From positions 48,734,852 through 48,798,851 of the forward strand of contig NC_133620.1 in the NCBI RefSeq assembly GCF_048593235.1: a stretch of DNA of 64,000 nt, in the 5' to 3' direction. Shown in pieces: positions 38,370 through 49,654 of the stretch. The DNA is from Sminthopsis crassicaudata. Taxonomy: Eukaryota. The translations under genes and the position numbers were made by a program. The notes beneath the pieces were generated by a model. It saw only the letters and a list, made by a program, of their open reading frames with translations, was not told the DNA's origin and made no database searches. Numbering within the stretch: position 1 is the first letter of the stretch; every line of letters starts with the position of its first letter.

Positions 38370-40301
38370 ATGTCTGCTCCCAAGGGCACGGCNNNNNNNN
38401 NNNNNNNNNNNNNNNNNNNNNNNNNNNNNNNNNNNNNNNNNNNNNNNNNNNNNNNNNNNNNNNNNNNNNNNNNNNNNNNNNNNNNNNNNNNNNNNNNNNN
38501 NNNNNNNNNNNNNNNNNNNNNNNNNNNNNNNNNCGCGGCGAAAAACCAGGTGGCCATGAACCCGCAGAATACGGTGTTTGACGCCAAGCGGCTGATCGGC
38601 CGCAAGTTCTCCGACCAGGTGGTGCAGTCCGACATGAAGCACTGGCCCTTCCAGGTGGTGAGTGAGGCCGGGAAGCCCAAGGTGCGGGTGTCCTACAAGG
38701 GGGAGAGCAAGTCCTTCTACCCCGAGGAGATCTCGTCCATGGTGCTGAGCAAGATGAAGGAGACTGCCGAGGCCTATCTGGGCCAGCCGGTCAGCAACGC
38801 GGTCATCACGGTGCCGGCGTACTTCAACGACTCCCAGCGCCAGGCCACCAAGGACGCCGGGGCCATAGCCGGCCTCAACGTGCTGAGGATCATCAACGAG
38901 CCCACGGCGGCGGCCATCGCCTACGGGCTGGACAGGTCGGGCGCAGGAGAAAGGAACGTGCTCATCTTCGACCTGGGCGGGGGCACCTTCGATGTGTCCG
39001 TGCTCACCATCGACAACGGCATCTTCGAGGTGAAAGCCACGGCGGGGGACACCCACCTGGGCGGGGAGGACTTTGACAATCGCCTGGTGAACCACTTCGT
39101 GGAGGAGTTTAAGCGCAAATACGGGAAGGACCTGAGCCAGAACAAGCGCGCCCTGAGGAGGCTGCGCACAGCTTGTGAAAGGGCCAAGCGCACCCTGTCC
39201 TCCAGCACCCAGGCGAACCTGGAGATCGATTCCCTGTACGAGGGCACGGACTTTTACACCACGATTACTCGGGCTCGCTTTGAGGAGCTGTGCTCAGACC
39301 TCTTCAGGGGGACCCTGGAGCCGGTGGAGAAGGCCCTGCGGGATGCCCGCATGGACAAGAGCCAGATCCAGGACATCGTGCTGGTCGGGGGCTCCACCCG
39401 CATCCCCAGGGTGCAGAAGCTGCTCCAGGACTTCTTCAATGGCAAGGAGCTGAACAAGAGCATTAACCCGGACGAAGCGGTGGCTTACGGGGCGGCCGTG
39501 CAGGCGGCCGTGCTGATGGGAGATAGGTCCGAAAAGGTACAGGATCTCTTGCTCCTCGACGTGACGCCCCTGTCCCTGGGTCTCGAGACGGCAGGGGGGG
39601 TGATGACAACGCTGATCCAGAGGAACTCCACCATCCCCAGCAAGCAGACGCAGACCTTCACCACGTACTCGGACAACCAGCCGGGAGTGCTGATCCAGGT
39701 GTACGAAGGCGAGCGAGCCATGACCCGGGACAACAACCTGCTGGGTCGCTTTGAGCTGTCGGGCATCCCTCCCGCGCCTCGGGGGGTCCCCCAGGTCGAG
39801 GTCACCTTTGACATCGACGCCAACGGCATCTTGAACGTCTCGGCCACGGACAAAAGCACGGGCAAGGCCAACAGGATCACCATCACCAACGACAAGGGCC
39901 GGCTGAGCAAGGAGCAGGTGGAGAGGATGGTGCGGGAGGCGGAGAAGTACAAGGCCGAAGACGAGGCTCAGCGGGAAAGGGTGACTGCCAAGAACTCGCT
40001 GGAGTCCTATGCCTTCCAGGTCAAGAGTGCCATGCGGGAGGACGGCCTTCGAGACAAGGTCCCGGAGGAAGACAAGAGGAAGGTGCTGGACAAGTGCGAG
40101 CAAGTCCTTTCCTGGCTGGATGCCAACCAGCTGGCCGACAAGGAGGAGTTTGAGCACCAGAAGAAGGAACTGGAGAGGGTGTGCCAGCCCATCATTGCCC
40201 GGCTCTACCAGGCACCTGGTTCTCAGGGAGGGAACAGCTGTGGCGCCCAGGCCCGCCATTCCCATCCCACCTCTGGGCCCACCATTGAAGAGGTGGATTA
40301 G
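38370..40301 (+). CDS. HSPA6: HSPA6-like HSP70, copy 5 (643 aa)
   Basis: Same as copies 2-4 except K347R (AAG>AGG at 39409). Confidence 0.92.
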   Translation: MSAPKGTXXXXXXXXXXXXXXXXXXXXXXXXXXXXXXXXXXXXXXXXXXXXXXXXAAKNQVAMNPQNTVFDAKRLIGRKFSDQVVQSDMKHWPFQVVSEAGKPKVRVSYKGESKSFYPEEISSMVLSKMKETAEAYLGQPVSNAVITVPAYFNDSQRQATKDAGAIAGLNVLRIINEPTAAAIAYGLDRSGAGERNVLIFDLGGGTFDVSVLTIDNGIFEVKATAGDTHLGGEDFDNRLVNHFVEEFKRKYGKDLSQNKRALRRLRTACERAKRTLSSSTQANLEIDSLYEGTDFYTTITRARFEELCSDLFRGTLEPVEKALRDARMDKSQIQDIVLVGGSTRIPRVQKLLQDFFNGKELNKSINPDEAVAYGAAVQAAVLMGDRSEKVQDLLLLDVTPLSLGLETAGGVMTTLIQRNSTIPSKQTQTFTTYSDNQPGVLIQVYEGERAMTRDNNLLGRFELSGIPPAPRGVPQVEVTFDIDANGILNVSATDKSTGKANRITITNDKGRLSKEQVERMVREAEKYKAEDEAQRERVTAKNSLESYAFQVKSAMREDGLRDKVPEEDKRKVLDKCEQVLSWLDANQLADKEEFEHQKKELERVCQPIIARLYQAPGSQGGNSCGAQARHSHPTSGPTIEEVD

Positions 40302-40928
40302 ATGAGGGACTTTGGCTGGCTAGGGGATTGTGAGCTAATGAACAACAGGTGCACGTGCTGCTAGTGTCTCCAGAGGAAGCGTCAGCATTCTGTTCTTTTC
40401 CCAACTGCTATCTCTGGACAGCTTTGTTGTGAGCAGGTCCGCCTTTGGGCATCCTGACTTTTTGACTTTTTCTTTCAACTCTTCCCTTCTCAACAGGGGA
40501 AGCAAAAGATTGCTTATTTCGTTCTTTCTCTGACTGCTGTCAATATGTATGTTTTCTTATTTAAATCTGTTTCAATAATTTATGATAAAAAATTTGTATT
40601 AATTATTTAGAATATTTCAATAAACTGTAAAAAGTTATTACTAATTTGTCTCTGCTTCCAATTAAGTATCATTAGAGCCAGGATAGACATATAGTTTTTT
40701 AAAAGTCATAATTTAAAAATCCATTACTATGGTAACTTTTTGCTTTATATTATTTCCATTTTAAAATATGCCATTCTCTCAACTAGTGAGTTATGGATTT
40801 AAAAAGGGGGGGGGCAGGAGAATGATAACAGTTTAGCAAAACAGTGAACACATCAAGTCTCACTCATGAGCTATTCACACCTACATTCCCCTAAACTTTG
40901 AAATTAGGGCAGTGCTCACTCACTTCTT

Positions 40929-41234
40929 TTTTTGGTAACCAACATGGTTCTATTAAAAACTATCTTTAACCATAGCATTCAAGGAGAGCGATACAATATT
41001 TTCTTCACCAAAGTAACTAATATAAAAATCTGAAAAATGCCATAAATTCTTTTATGAGCTACTATTCTCATATAAGTATGTAATCATGTAATTCTATTAA
41101 CTTCCTGAGGCATTTTTAGTGGTTTAATTTTATTGTAGTGTTGGATGCATTATCAATGATCATCCTTTCCTAAAATGATTTTTAAAAGACTTGCAAAATA
41201 TTTTATTGTGTAGGACACTATTAGTGACACAAAG
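40929..41234 (-). mobile_element. 306-bp retroposed AT-rich sequence of unrecognised origin, private to spacer 5
   Basis: 13-bp TSD TCACTCACTTCTT (40916-40928 / 41235-41247), poly-T at the left end and an L1-endonuclease-like TT|AAGA target on the minus strand. Confidence 0.8.
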
Positions 41235-44200
41235 TCACTCACTTCTTAATATACCACATCCCATACCTTTCTCTGTGGAAAAAAGTTGAAGCAATTTCAT
41301 TCTTGGAGCTAAGAGAAAATGATGTTGCCTCTTTGGCCTTGGAGGAGGCATGTCAGTGTAGTGAGTTGTGATGTTATTCTAAATGCAGGACAGTACATGC
41401 TCAACAACTGCCTCCCTCCTTTAACTTGAATCGTTTCCAGACCTGGTCTACTGAATCTTGGTTTGGGCTTACATCTATGTTCAGAACTAGACTACAAGTA
41501 GTGTTTAAGTTAAGAAAGAGTTCACATACATTCTCCAGATAGCATCTGTTACTTTCTCTCTTAGTTCTTTTTCTCAGGAAATGATACTATGGAAAAATAA
41601 CAAATAAATAAAAATAAAATGCAAAGTTATAAATATAAAATCCAACAAAATAGAATTTAAAAATTGAAGGAAACATATATGATAAACTATAACTCTGTTT
41701 TTACAGGTGAAGAAACTGAACACAAAAGAACTGACAGGCCTCAGACCATATAGTTAGTAAACTACAGAACAGTGAATGTGTATTGAATTGAATTGAATTG
41801 AAAGGAATTGACCTTTAGGTCAATTAGAGTCATAAGGCTCAGAAAGAATTTGTTACCATTTTAAATATCCCTTGGGTGGTACAGATATATCCCTTAGCTT
41901 TGACCGTAGCCTAAAGGGGGAGAGGGGGGAGAAATCCTTATGACTTACTTTGGAAGTCTTGAGAAATCTGTTTATCCTCATAAGAAAAAAAAAAATAGGC
42001 AGTTGAAACATGTATTTTACTCATGGAAAGGTGGAGGTAGAGTCAATCAAATTATCCTACACTTTGAGCACTCTGCAGTCCATATGCTAGGCTACCTACC
42101 CTGCTCAAGTGAGAATTTGTTTCTGCTGAATCAATCATAGGCCTCATTCTGACTTATAGTTATGCCTGTCACCTCTCTAGCAGGGGGAGGAGGAAGAAGA
42201 TAGCATTCTTAATTTTAATGCCTCAGGTATTGTGGGTTTATTATTGCAGTGATCAGGGTTCTGTCAACTTTCAAAGTTGCTTTTCTTCATTTCTTTATTT
42301 TTTGCTAAATAGTATTTTTCCCATTTATATGTAAAGATAGTTTTCAACATTCATTTTTTGTAAAATTTTTGAGATCCAGAATTTTCTCTTACCCTCTCTT
42401 CCCTCCCTCTCCCTAATTAGCAGTCTGATATTGATTATATATATATATGTGTGTGTGTGTATGTATACATATGAATGATAATATTAAACATATTTCCACA
42501 TTATAGTATTTTTATTAAAAATTTTCTCCTAGTTCTGATTTTGTTCATTATTAGTTCATAGTGGTCTCCTAGTTTACTTGGAAACTCCCATTTCCTCATA
42601 GCTTCTAAAATATTTCATTACATTTATGCCATAATTTTTTCAGTCATTCATCAATAGATAAGCAGTCTCATATTCCAGGCAGGTTTTTTTGGCTCCTATA
42701 AACAAAGTTTCTTACGCATCCTTTCTTTGATCTCTTTGAGGTATAGCCCTTAAATTGGACATGAGTCAGAGACTTTGCAGATTGTATGACAAATAGTTTG
42801 TAAACTGTTTTCACAAAATTGGACATGTTTTACTCCTGTCTACTCTACTTGCTAAAATTAAGAGAAATTCCCATAATTTAGAATTGCCTACTTTAGTATA
42901 AAACAGACTTTGAATGAGAATTTCTAGAAATATGGTGCCTATTTTTTTGTCTCTCTAATATGAGTGGTGACACAATATAGTGCAAAGATGTCACACTCGG
43001 TATGTAACTGACTGATTTCAGCTCAAACCAGATTAAAAGATAATTTTGAAATAGCAAAATAAAATAAAACTAAATAAAAACACAACAAACACAGGAAATA
43101 TGAATTTTTAAAACTAAATACACATGTAGTCTACAGGGGAACTTATGAATTGTTCTAAGTCCATTGTTTCTATTTGAGCCTGGTGTAGTTGGTAGGGAAA
43201 CAGGAAGACTTGGGTACAAGATCTCCCTGTGACACATACTAGCTAGCTGATCCTACAGAAATCACTTAATTTAGTGTTCCTTAAAGCTCTCTATTAATTG
43301 CCAAGAAGGTGATGAATGAATGAAGAAAGCATTATATGTAGCACTTATGTGCAAAACACAATACTAACTGCTGATGATATAAATAGAAAAGTAGAATGTT
43401 CCTTTTTTCTTATGGAGCTCATATTCTAATACATATGGACAACACATATGGAAAGTTTCAACTGTATATTAGATGGAAAGGCCTCTTGGTCTTTAGAGAA
43501 GAGCAGAAATGCAACATTAATGTCTCTTCTTTAATGTCATTTCCACTAATAAAATCATACCAGTTTCTGATGCTGAACCATTTGACAGGGCCAAGAATTT
43601 TCCTTTCTCCGTCTTGGATAGGTTTGGCTGAATGTCCTTCACAGGGGTTACCTTCCAGACTTGGATTCCTTTATACTCATGTCTTTCCTCCTGCTCATTT
43701 CACTCTGCACAAATCTACATTTTCTCTGAAATTTTTCCTCACCTCTAACTCATAGGATCCTTCTCTTTAGAGATCTTTCCTGATACTAGTGCTGGTGGCC
43801 TCTCTCCCAGATTCTATTGTGTTTAACTTCCTTCTATATATTTGCATTCACAAATTTGATATTTATATTTTATAGTTTTCATATGTTCTTGTTATCCTTA
43901 TTAGGATGTAAGCTCAATGTTCATTCCACTTATAGCCTTAGCACCCAACACAGTGTATAACATACACTTAATAAATACATGTGAATTGGAAAGTCAATTT
44001 AAAAAAAAACCCTAACCTATTATCCAGATTAGAAGTACAATTCAACAATTTATTCAGTGCTATTCAAATATTTAAATACTAAGTTCTCTTTATCTTGGCT
44101 GGTATACAATTTGGCTTTAAACTCTAATCTTCTATTGGTAATAGAAACAGTTATATTGAATTTGACATTTAATCCCTACCTTAAAGAAAACTAGGGGAGC

Positions 44201-44546
44201 CTCCATAGGACTCTCAAGATCACTTAAACAATGTAGCTTAATCAACCAATTCAATTCTACTTAAGTCAATGAAAATTTTTAAACTCTTCCATTCTTCATT
44301 AACATTTCTACAAGCTACCAATAATCAGTGGGAAGAAATTTAAAAAAAAGGCAAATTCCATATAAAATGACTACAGCATATATAAAACACTTGGGAATTC
44401 TTTCCAGGATCCTCAATAGAACTATAAAAATAGAACTACAAACAGTTCAGAAATAAAATAGATCTAATTAACTGGAAAAATATTAATTGCTGATGGGTTG
44501 TTTGAGCCAATATAATAAAAATGACACTAGTACTTAAATCAATTTA

Positions 44547-44943
44547 TGTTGTATCCTGCTTTCTAGAGCCCCCAAACAGAATGATTAAGATATATTTTCC
44601 TAGTGGAGAAGTGGTGAGGTGGGATTCGTGAGGATGGTGGAAAAATGCAGTCTTGTTTATTTCAAAGACTCCCTATTTTATCATGTACCAAAAACTACAC
44701 TGCCCACGTGGGACCACATAAAGAACTTGCTATTGTATAATTTGCCACCTGGTATCATTTTTCCACCTGGTATCATTCTGATTCAATCTTAACACAGGTT
44801 GTCAACGGCCTCTGACTTCTTAGGAAGGTTGAGAGCCCTTAGGGGAGATGGGGAGGTGAACCAGACATTGTTTGCAAGTTCCTTCTGGGCTAAAGGGTCT
44901 TCTACCTCACCCAAAGTTTCCCCACTGACTATGACCCTCTACA
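44547..44943 (-). mobile_element. ERV solo LTR private to spacer 5
   Basis: TG...CA ends and perfect 6-bp TSD AATTTA (44541-46 / 44944-49). The minus strand starts TGTAGAGGG. Inserted in the old L1. Confidence 0.85.
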
Positions 44944-45341
44944 AATTTACTTACTCAATATGCTGCCCACTAAACTTCTATCAGATCAATAGAACTAGAA
45001 AAATAATAAAATTCATATTAAGAGGCCAAAATATCCAGAATCTAAAGAGAAATAATGACAAGAAATTTTAGAATAAAATTGTTTCTAGTTAAGAGGCCTA
45101 CCATTGCCTAAAATACTGATTTGGGACACACAACAAAACAGAAGAATTAAAAGGATCTAATTAAGTGGGAGGAAATCTTTGGAAAATGATTTTCTAATAA
45201 AGGTCTCATTCCCAAGCTATATTAAGAATTAATTCAAATGCGTAAGAAAAAGAACCATTCTTCAGTGGAGAAATGGTCTAAGGATATAAACATTTCTCAA
45301 AAAAAAAAAAAAAAAAAAAAAAGTAGCAATAGGTTAACAAT

Positions 45342-46067
45342 TGTAGAGGGCTGAAACTCCAAAAAGATATGCTTGAATCCGAGCACTTAAGGCTAATTAC
45401 CTATTTGGTGTGAGATAATGGCTCCATATTCATATTTAGATGAGATGGTGATATATGATATGATGGTTCTCATCATTGGTGCTTGCTGAATGTTTGGTGT
45501 TGAGATAATAGTAGGCTGACAGAAACAACTACACACAGAGAAGGAACACTGGGAATTGAATGTAAAATATTAGCACTACTTATGTTACTTATACCTTCAG
45601 AATCCAATACTTAACGTGCAACAAGAAAATTGGATTTACACACATATATTGTATCTAGGTTATACTGTAACACATGTAAAATGTATGAGATTGCCTGTCA
45701 TCTAGGGGAGGGAGTAGAGGGAGGGAGGGGAAAATCTGGAAAAATGAATACAAGGGATAATGTTATAAAAAAAATTACTCATGCATATATACTGTCAAAA
45801 AATGTAAAATTATAAAATTAATTAAAAAAAAAAAACAAGAGAGATAATAGTAGGCAAGGATTGGAGGGTTGGGGGAGAGAAGTCAGAGTCACTTGGTGGC
45901 AGGAGAAGGAGAGAGGCTGGAGACTCCATACTCCAGTATCCAGGACACATCTTTGGCAAGCACCTTGCCTGCCTCTTTCTTTCACTTCTCCCCCTAAAGA
46001 CCAAGGACTTTGATTTATCCTGACTGACTGATCTTGAGGCCCTTCAGGGAGTTGTTTGGACCTTATA
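45342..46067 (+). mobile_element. ERV solo LTR interrupted by a nested L1, private to spacer 5
   Basis: Starts TGTAGAGGGCTG and ends CCTTATA, flanked by AACAAT/AATGAT. Absent from the other spacers. Confidence 0.75.
45517..45840 (+). mobile_element. 5'-truncated L1 3' end nested in the LTR
   Basis: 15-bp TSD GAGATAATAGTAGGC (45502-16 / 45841-55), G-rich tract GGGGAGGGAGTAGAGGGAGGGAGGGG and A tail. Confidence 0.88.
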
Positions 46068-47643
46068 AATGATAATTATATTTTTAAAATTGTCCAAGTA
46101 ATTACTAAAGCAATTATAAGGAGATTCCCCCCCCCCCATCAGAGCAGTAAAAAGTGATTTAAAAAAGGAATATGACAAAGACTGGATAGGAAAACAAATA
46201 CACTGATGCACTGTTTCCATTTTGGAAAGCAATTTGGAATTATACATTAAAAATTACTAACACTGCCTGCCCTTTGACCCAGTTATTCCACTTCTAGGCC
46301 TGTGCTCAAAGAAGATCAAAGAAAAAGGAAAAGGTCCTTTTCCTGAAAGGAAAAAAAAAAAAAAAAAAGTACAGCAACTATTTGTGGGAACAAAAGGGGG
46401 GAAGGAAATTAAGGGGATGCCTATCGATTGAAGAATGGCTGAATAATTAGTGATATATGAATGTGAGGGAGTACTATTTTGTAAGGAAATACATCATTTT
46501 TAAAGATATGGAACAACTTATTGGCCTGGTAGAGTGAAAGGAGCATAACTAGAAGATAGTTCATATAGTGTAACATCAATATTATAAAAATGAAAACTTA
46601 TTAAAATGAGCAGAACCAAGGGAACAGCTTATACAACAATACTATAAAAACCAACTTGAGGAAACATGCTCTCCATGATAGCATGGTGACAGATTTAGGG
46701 TCCAGAATGAGACATACATATTTTTAATTTTATCTCTTCTTTTATCCACTTATTTCTGTCCATCTCTCTGTTTGTCTCTCTCTCTGTCTCTCTGTTCCTT
46801 CCCCTCCTCCTCCTTTCCCCCTCCCCTCCTATGGAGTGGAAGGGATGAGGCAGTAGGAAGGGAAAATATTCCTGCTAATTTAAAATACTGGGCTGCTGCT
46901 ACACATCTAAAAGGCCGTTTGCACTTTCAGATGAGGTTTTACGGATCTGCTTAACTTCACTGTTAGGGATCCCCTCGGGGGAGGCCGGAGCAGATGGAGC
47001 TGCCTTGTGGTCATGTTGCAATACTGAGGATCCTGGACCCAGAGGAAATGCCTCTGGTCCAAGAGCGATCTCGAGCGTCCTCTAGCCAGCCTCTAACTGG
47101 CACCTCATTGGGATGTTACATTTTTATTTTTTTAAATTGCAAAGGAATTAAAGACATAAATATCAGCTCTAGAGCACATGCAAAGAATGCTTTTTGACAG
47201 GAGTATGACTGAGTGGCCCATCCTCCCACTTCAATGAATCCTTTCTGTATCTAGTTTAAACGGGTGTGCATGTTATTTTCCTCATTAGTAAGCTCCTTGA
47301 GGGGCGGGGCCTATCTTTGGCCCTTGTATTTATTTCCAGAGCCTAGCACATAGTAGGTGCTCAAAAAATGCTTATTGCCCTAGTGACTGATCTCTTAGGC
47401 AGTGCAGTAAGAATCCCACTGACAGGAAGGAAACCCCAGAGACGCCCCATTCTGAGCAGGGAGATCCCAGGTGACTCTGGGAATCTTTGCACCACTTTGC
47501 TATGGGAGGTAATGAGTTAAAGTGCTTTCCAAAGCGTAAGTAGAACTAGAAAGGGGAGACTGGGTCCTGCTGGCGCTTGGCGCCGCTGTCTGCTAGTTTT
47601 TCGGAAAAGCTGTTAGGAAGGAGAAATTTAAAAAAAAAGCAGT

Positions 47644-47726
47644 TGTCAGAAGTGGGATTCGAACCCACGCCTCCAGGGGAGACTGCGACCTGAACGCAGC
47701 GCCTTAGACCGCTCGGCCATCCTGAC
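47644..47726 (-). tRNA. tRNA-Leu(CAG), intact
   Basis: Reverse complement GTCAGGATGGCCGAGCGGTCTAAGGCGCTGCGTTCAGGTCGCAGTCTCCCCTGGAGGCGTGGGTTCGAATCCCACTTCTGACA (83 nt). A9 terminator at ~47630-47638. Confidence 0.98.
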
Positions 47727-48267
47727 TACGAGAAAAACGCGTCCTTCTTCCTCTACAGGATACTAGTGCAAACAAGCTATGGGTCAGCATTCTCACTACC
47801 GTAAATGCCTGGTGTGAAACTTTAAAAAATATCTGCCCACATCCATTACCAAGGAGAGAGGCCCCGGCACTACGCGGCCTCTGGGCTCTTTCCGTCATTT
47901 ATGGTAATAGATGCACTCCGGCTAAAAAAGACCTGAGCTCGAGAGCCCAGCGACTCCTAGAGCTCGGGCAGGCTCCACTGCTCTAGCCCCTCCCGGCCGC
48001 TTCAGTCCTCCGCCCTCCGCATCCACGTGGCCCTTTCCCACCGCCTTTCCCTCTTCCAGAGCCATTAGAGAGAGGGCCGGGCCCCACCGGCCCGGCCTTG
48101 GGGCGGGGCGAGGAGCGGAGACTGACCGAGGCTTGGAGAACTCCACCCACCTAGAAGGCCGAGGTTCTGGCATCTCCACCGCCCCTCTCGGATCTGGGAA
48201 GAAGCGGCGTGCTCGCAGAAGAGCGTCACTGCAGCTACGAGCTCCGCTATGGCTCCCCAGTACTTAG

Positions 48268-48864
48268 GCAGCATTGGAGCCCAGCCCTGGACAGATTATG
48301 CTGGGAAAGAATATCGGAGAAAAGGAGAAATCTGTGCAAAGCCACAATATTGCGTCCTAGCACGCCAGCCCTGGGAGAAACCGAGAGGACCTACAGGGAG
48401 GGAGACAGACACATAGAGATGCAGAGAAAAGAGAAGCGGAGGAGGAGCAGGAAGAAAGAAGGAAGGAAAAGAGGAGGAAGGAAGAGGTGGAGGAGGAGGA
48501 GCAGGAAGAAAGAAGGAAGGAAAAGAGGAGGGAACTTGTGGCTCCTCCTCCTCTTCCTCCTCCTCCTCCTCTTCTTCCTCTCCTAGTCTTTCTCCTTCTT
48601 CCCTGTCCCTCTCTTCCCTCCCTCCTTTCCCTCCCTCTAGCCTAATACCTAGGTCCCACCCAATTGCTCTCGCCCACGGGTACGCCTCACCTCTAAAGGA
48701 CTCTTTTCTCTGCAAAGAGAGGACCGGGCCAGGTTCTGGTTCGCGGGCCTCCCAGTTCCTCCCAGGGCTGGCGTGCTAGGACGCAATATTGTGGCTTGGC
48801 ACAAATTTCCCCTTTTCTCCGATATTTTCCATCTAACTTGTCCATGGCTCGGCTCAAAAGCTGC
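48268..48864. repeat. Imperfect inverted (fold-back) repeat with GA/CT-rich core
   Basis: 48310-48377 matches the reverse complement of 48759-48826 at 65/68. Weaker homology extends out to 48268/48864. An inner 14-bp match (48420-33 vs 48701-14) is in the same register. Confidence 0.9.
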
Positions 48865-49654
48865 TCCTTCCAAGATGCCTTCTAGGATTGCTCCAGGAGA
48901 AGATGATCTTTCTCTCCTTTGGAAAATCACAGAGAAAAGATTAGAGGGTCTAGGCCCTCTCAGAAGTGTGTGTATCTGATCAGCCCCTCCCCCATCCCGC
49001 TCTTAGCGGTCTCTGACCGTAAGTGCCACTTCCCAGCCCTAGGATCTTCAGCGGCTCCCTCTTGCCCCAGGATAGAAAACAGACGCAGAGCACTTCGGGC
49101 CGAACTTCAATTGAGCTCCTCCAGCTGGTCTGAAACGAAGTGCTTTTCTTCTTTCTTCCAGCCCCATTAGCTTACTTGCTGTTCACCGAAGTCTCCCTTC
49201 AGTTTCCAAAAAGCAAACCAATTACTCTTGCTCTCGCCCTCTGTCCTCTTCCTCCATTGTGCTCTCTTTCCTCAGATTATCCAGCCTTTTGACTCATCCC
49301 AGAGCCCCTTCTCCAGGACCAGGGGTATAGAGGAAGCTCCTCTAGAGCTAGGCCTGTTCCGGTTCTGTCTCTGCAAGGCACTTAGTAGGCGCCTAAGCAT
49401 TACACTTGCTGCCAGTATAGGGCCTGCAGGGCACATAGTAGGTGTCTAAGCATCGCCTTTGCCGACATCTTCCCAGTGGGGAGCGCTGGGAAGGTGGTTG
49501 TTAAAAAGACTGGGGACAGACAAGAGAGGAGTGGGATCCGGATCCTGGGGTAGGTATGAGATTCAGAGAATTAGATTTAGGAAAGTAAATGTTCAACGTC
49601 TGGCGAGTCCTGCGCCGATCTCATCTGAGCTTATTCGGCAAGAAAACCTCAGCG

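Noticed and set aside
48075-48097. Perfect 9-bp GC hairpin GGCCGGGCC-ccacc-GGCCCGGCC
   Set aside because: Short, and expected by chance in a very GC-rich patch.
49611-49645. GCGCCGATCTCATCTGA resembles part of 5S rRNA upstream of tRNA-Gly(TCC)
   Set aside because: Only ~18 nt of similarity with no other 5S features; compatible with chance.
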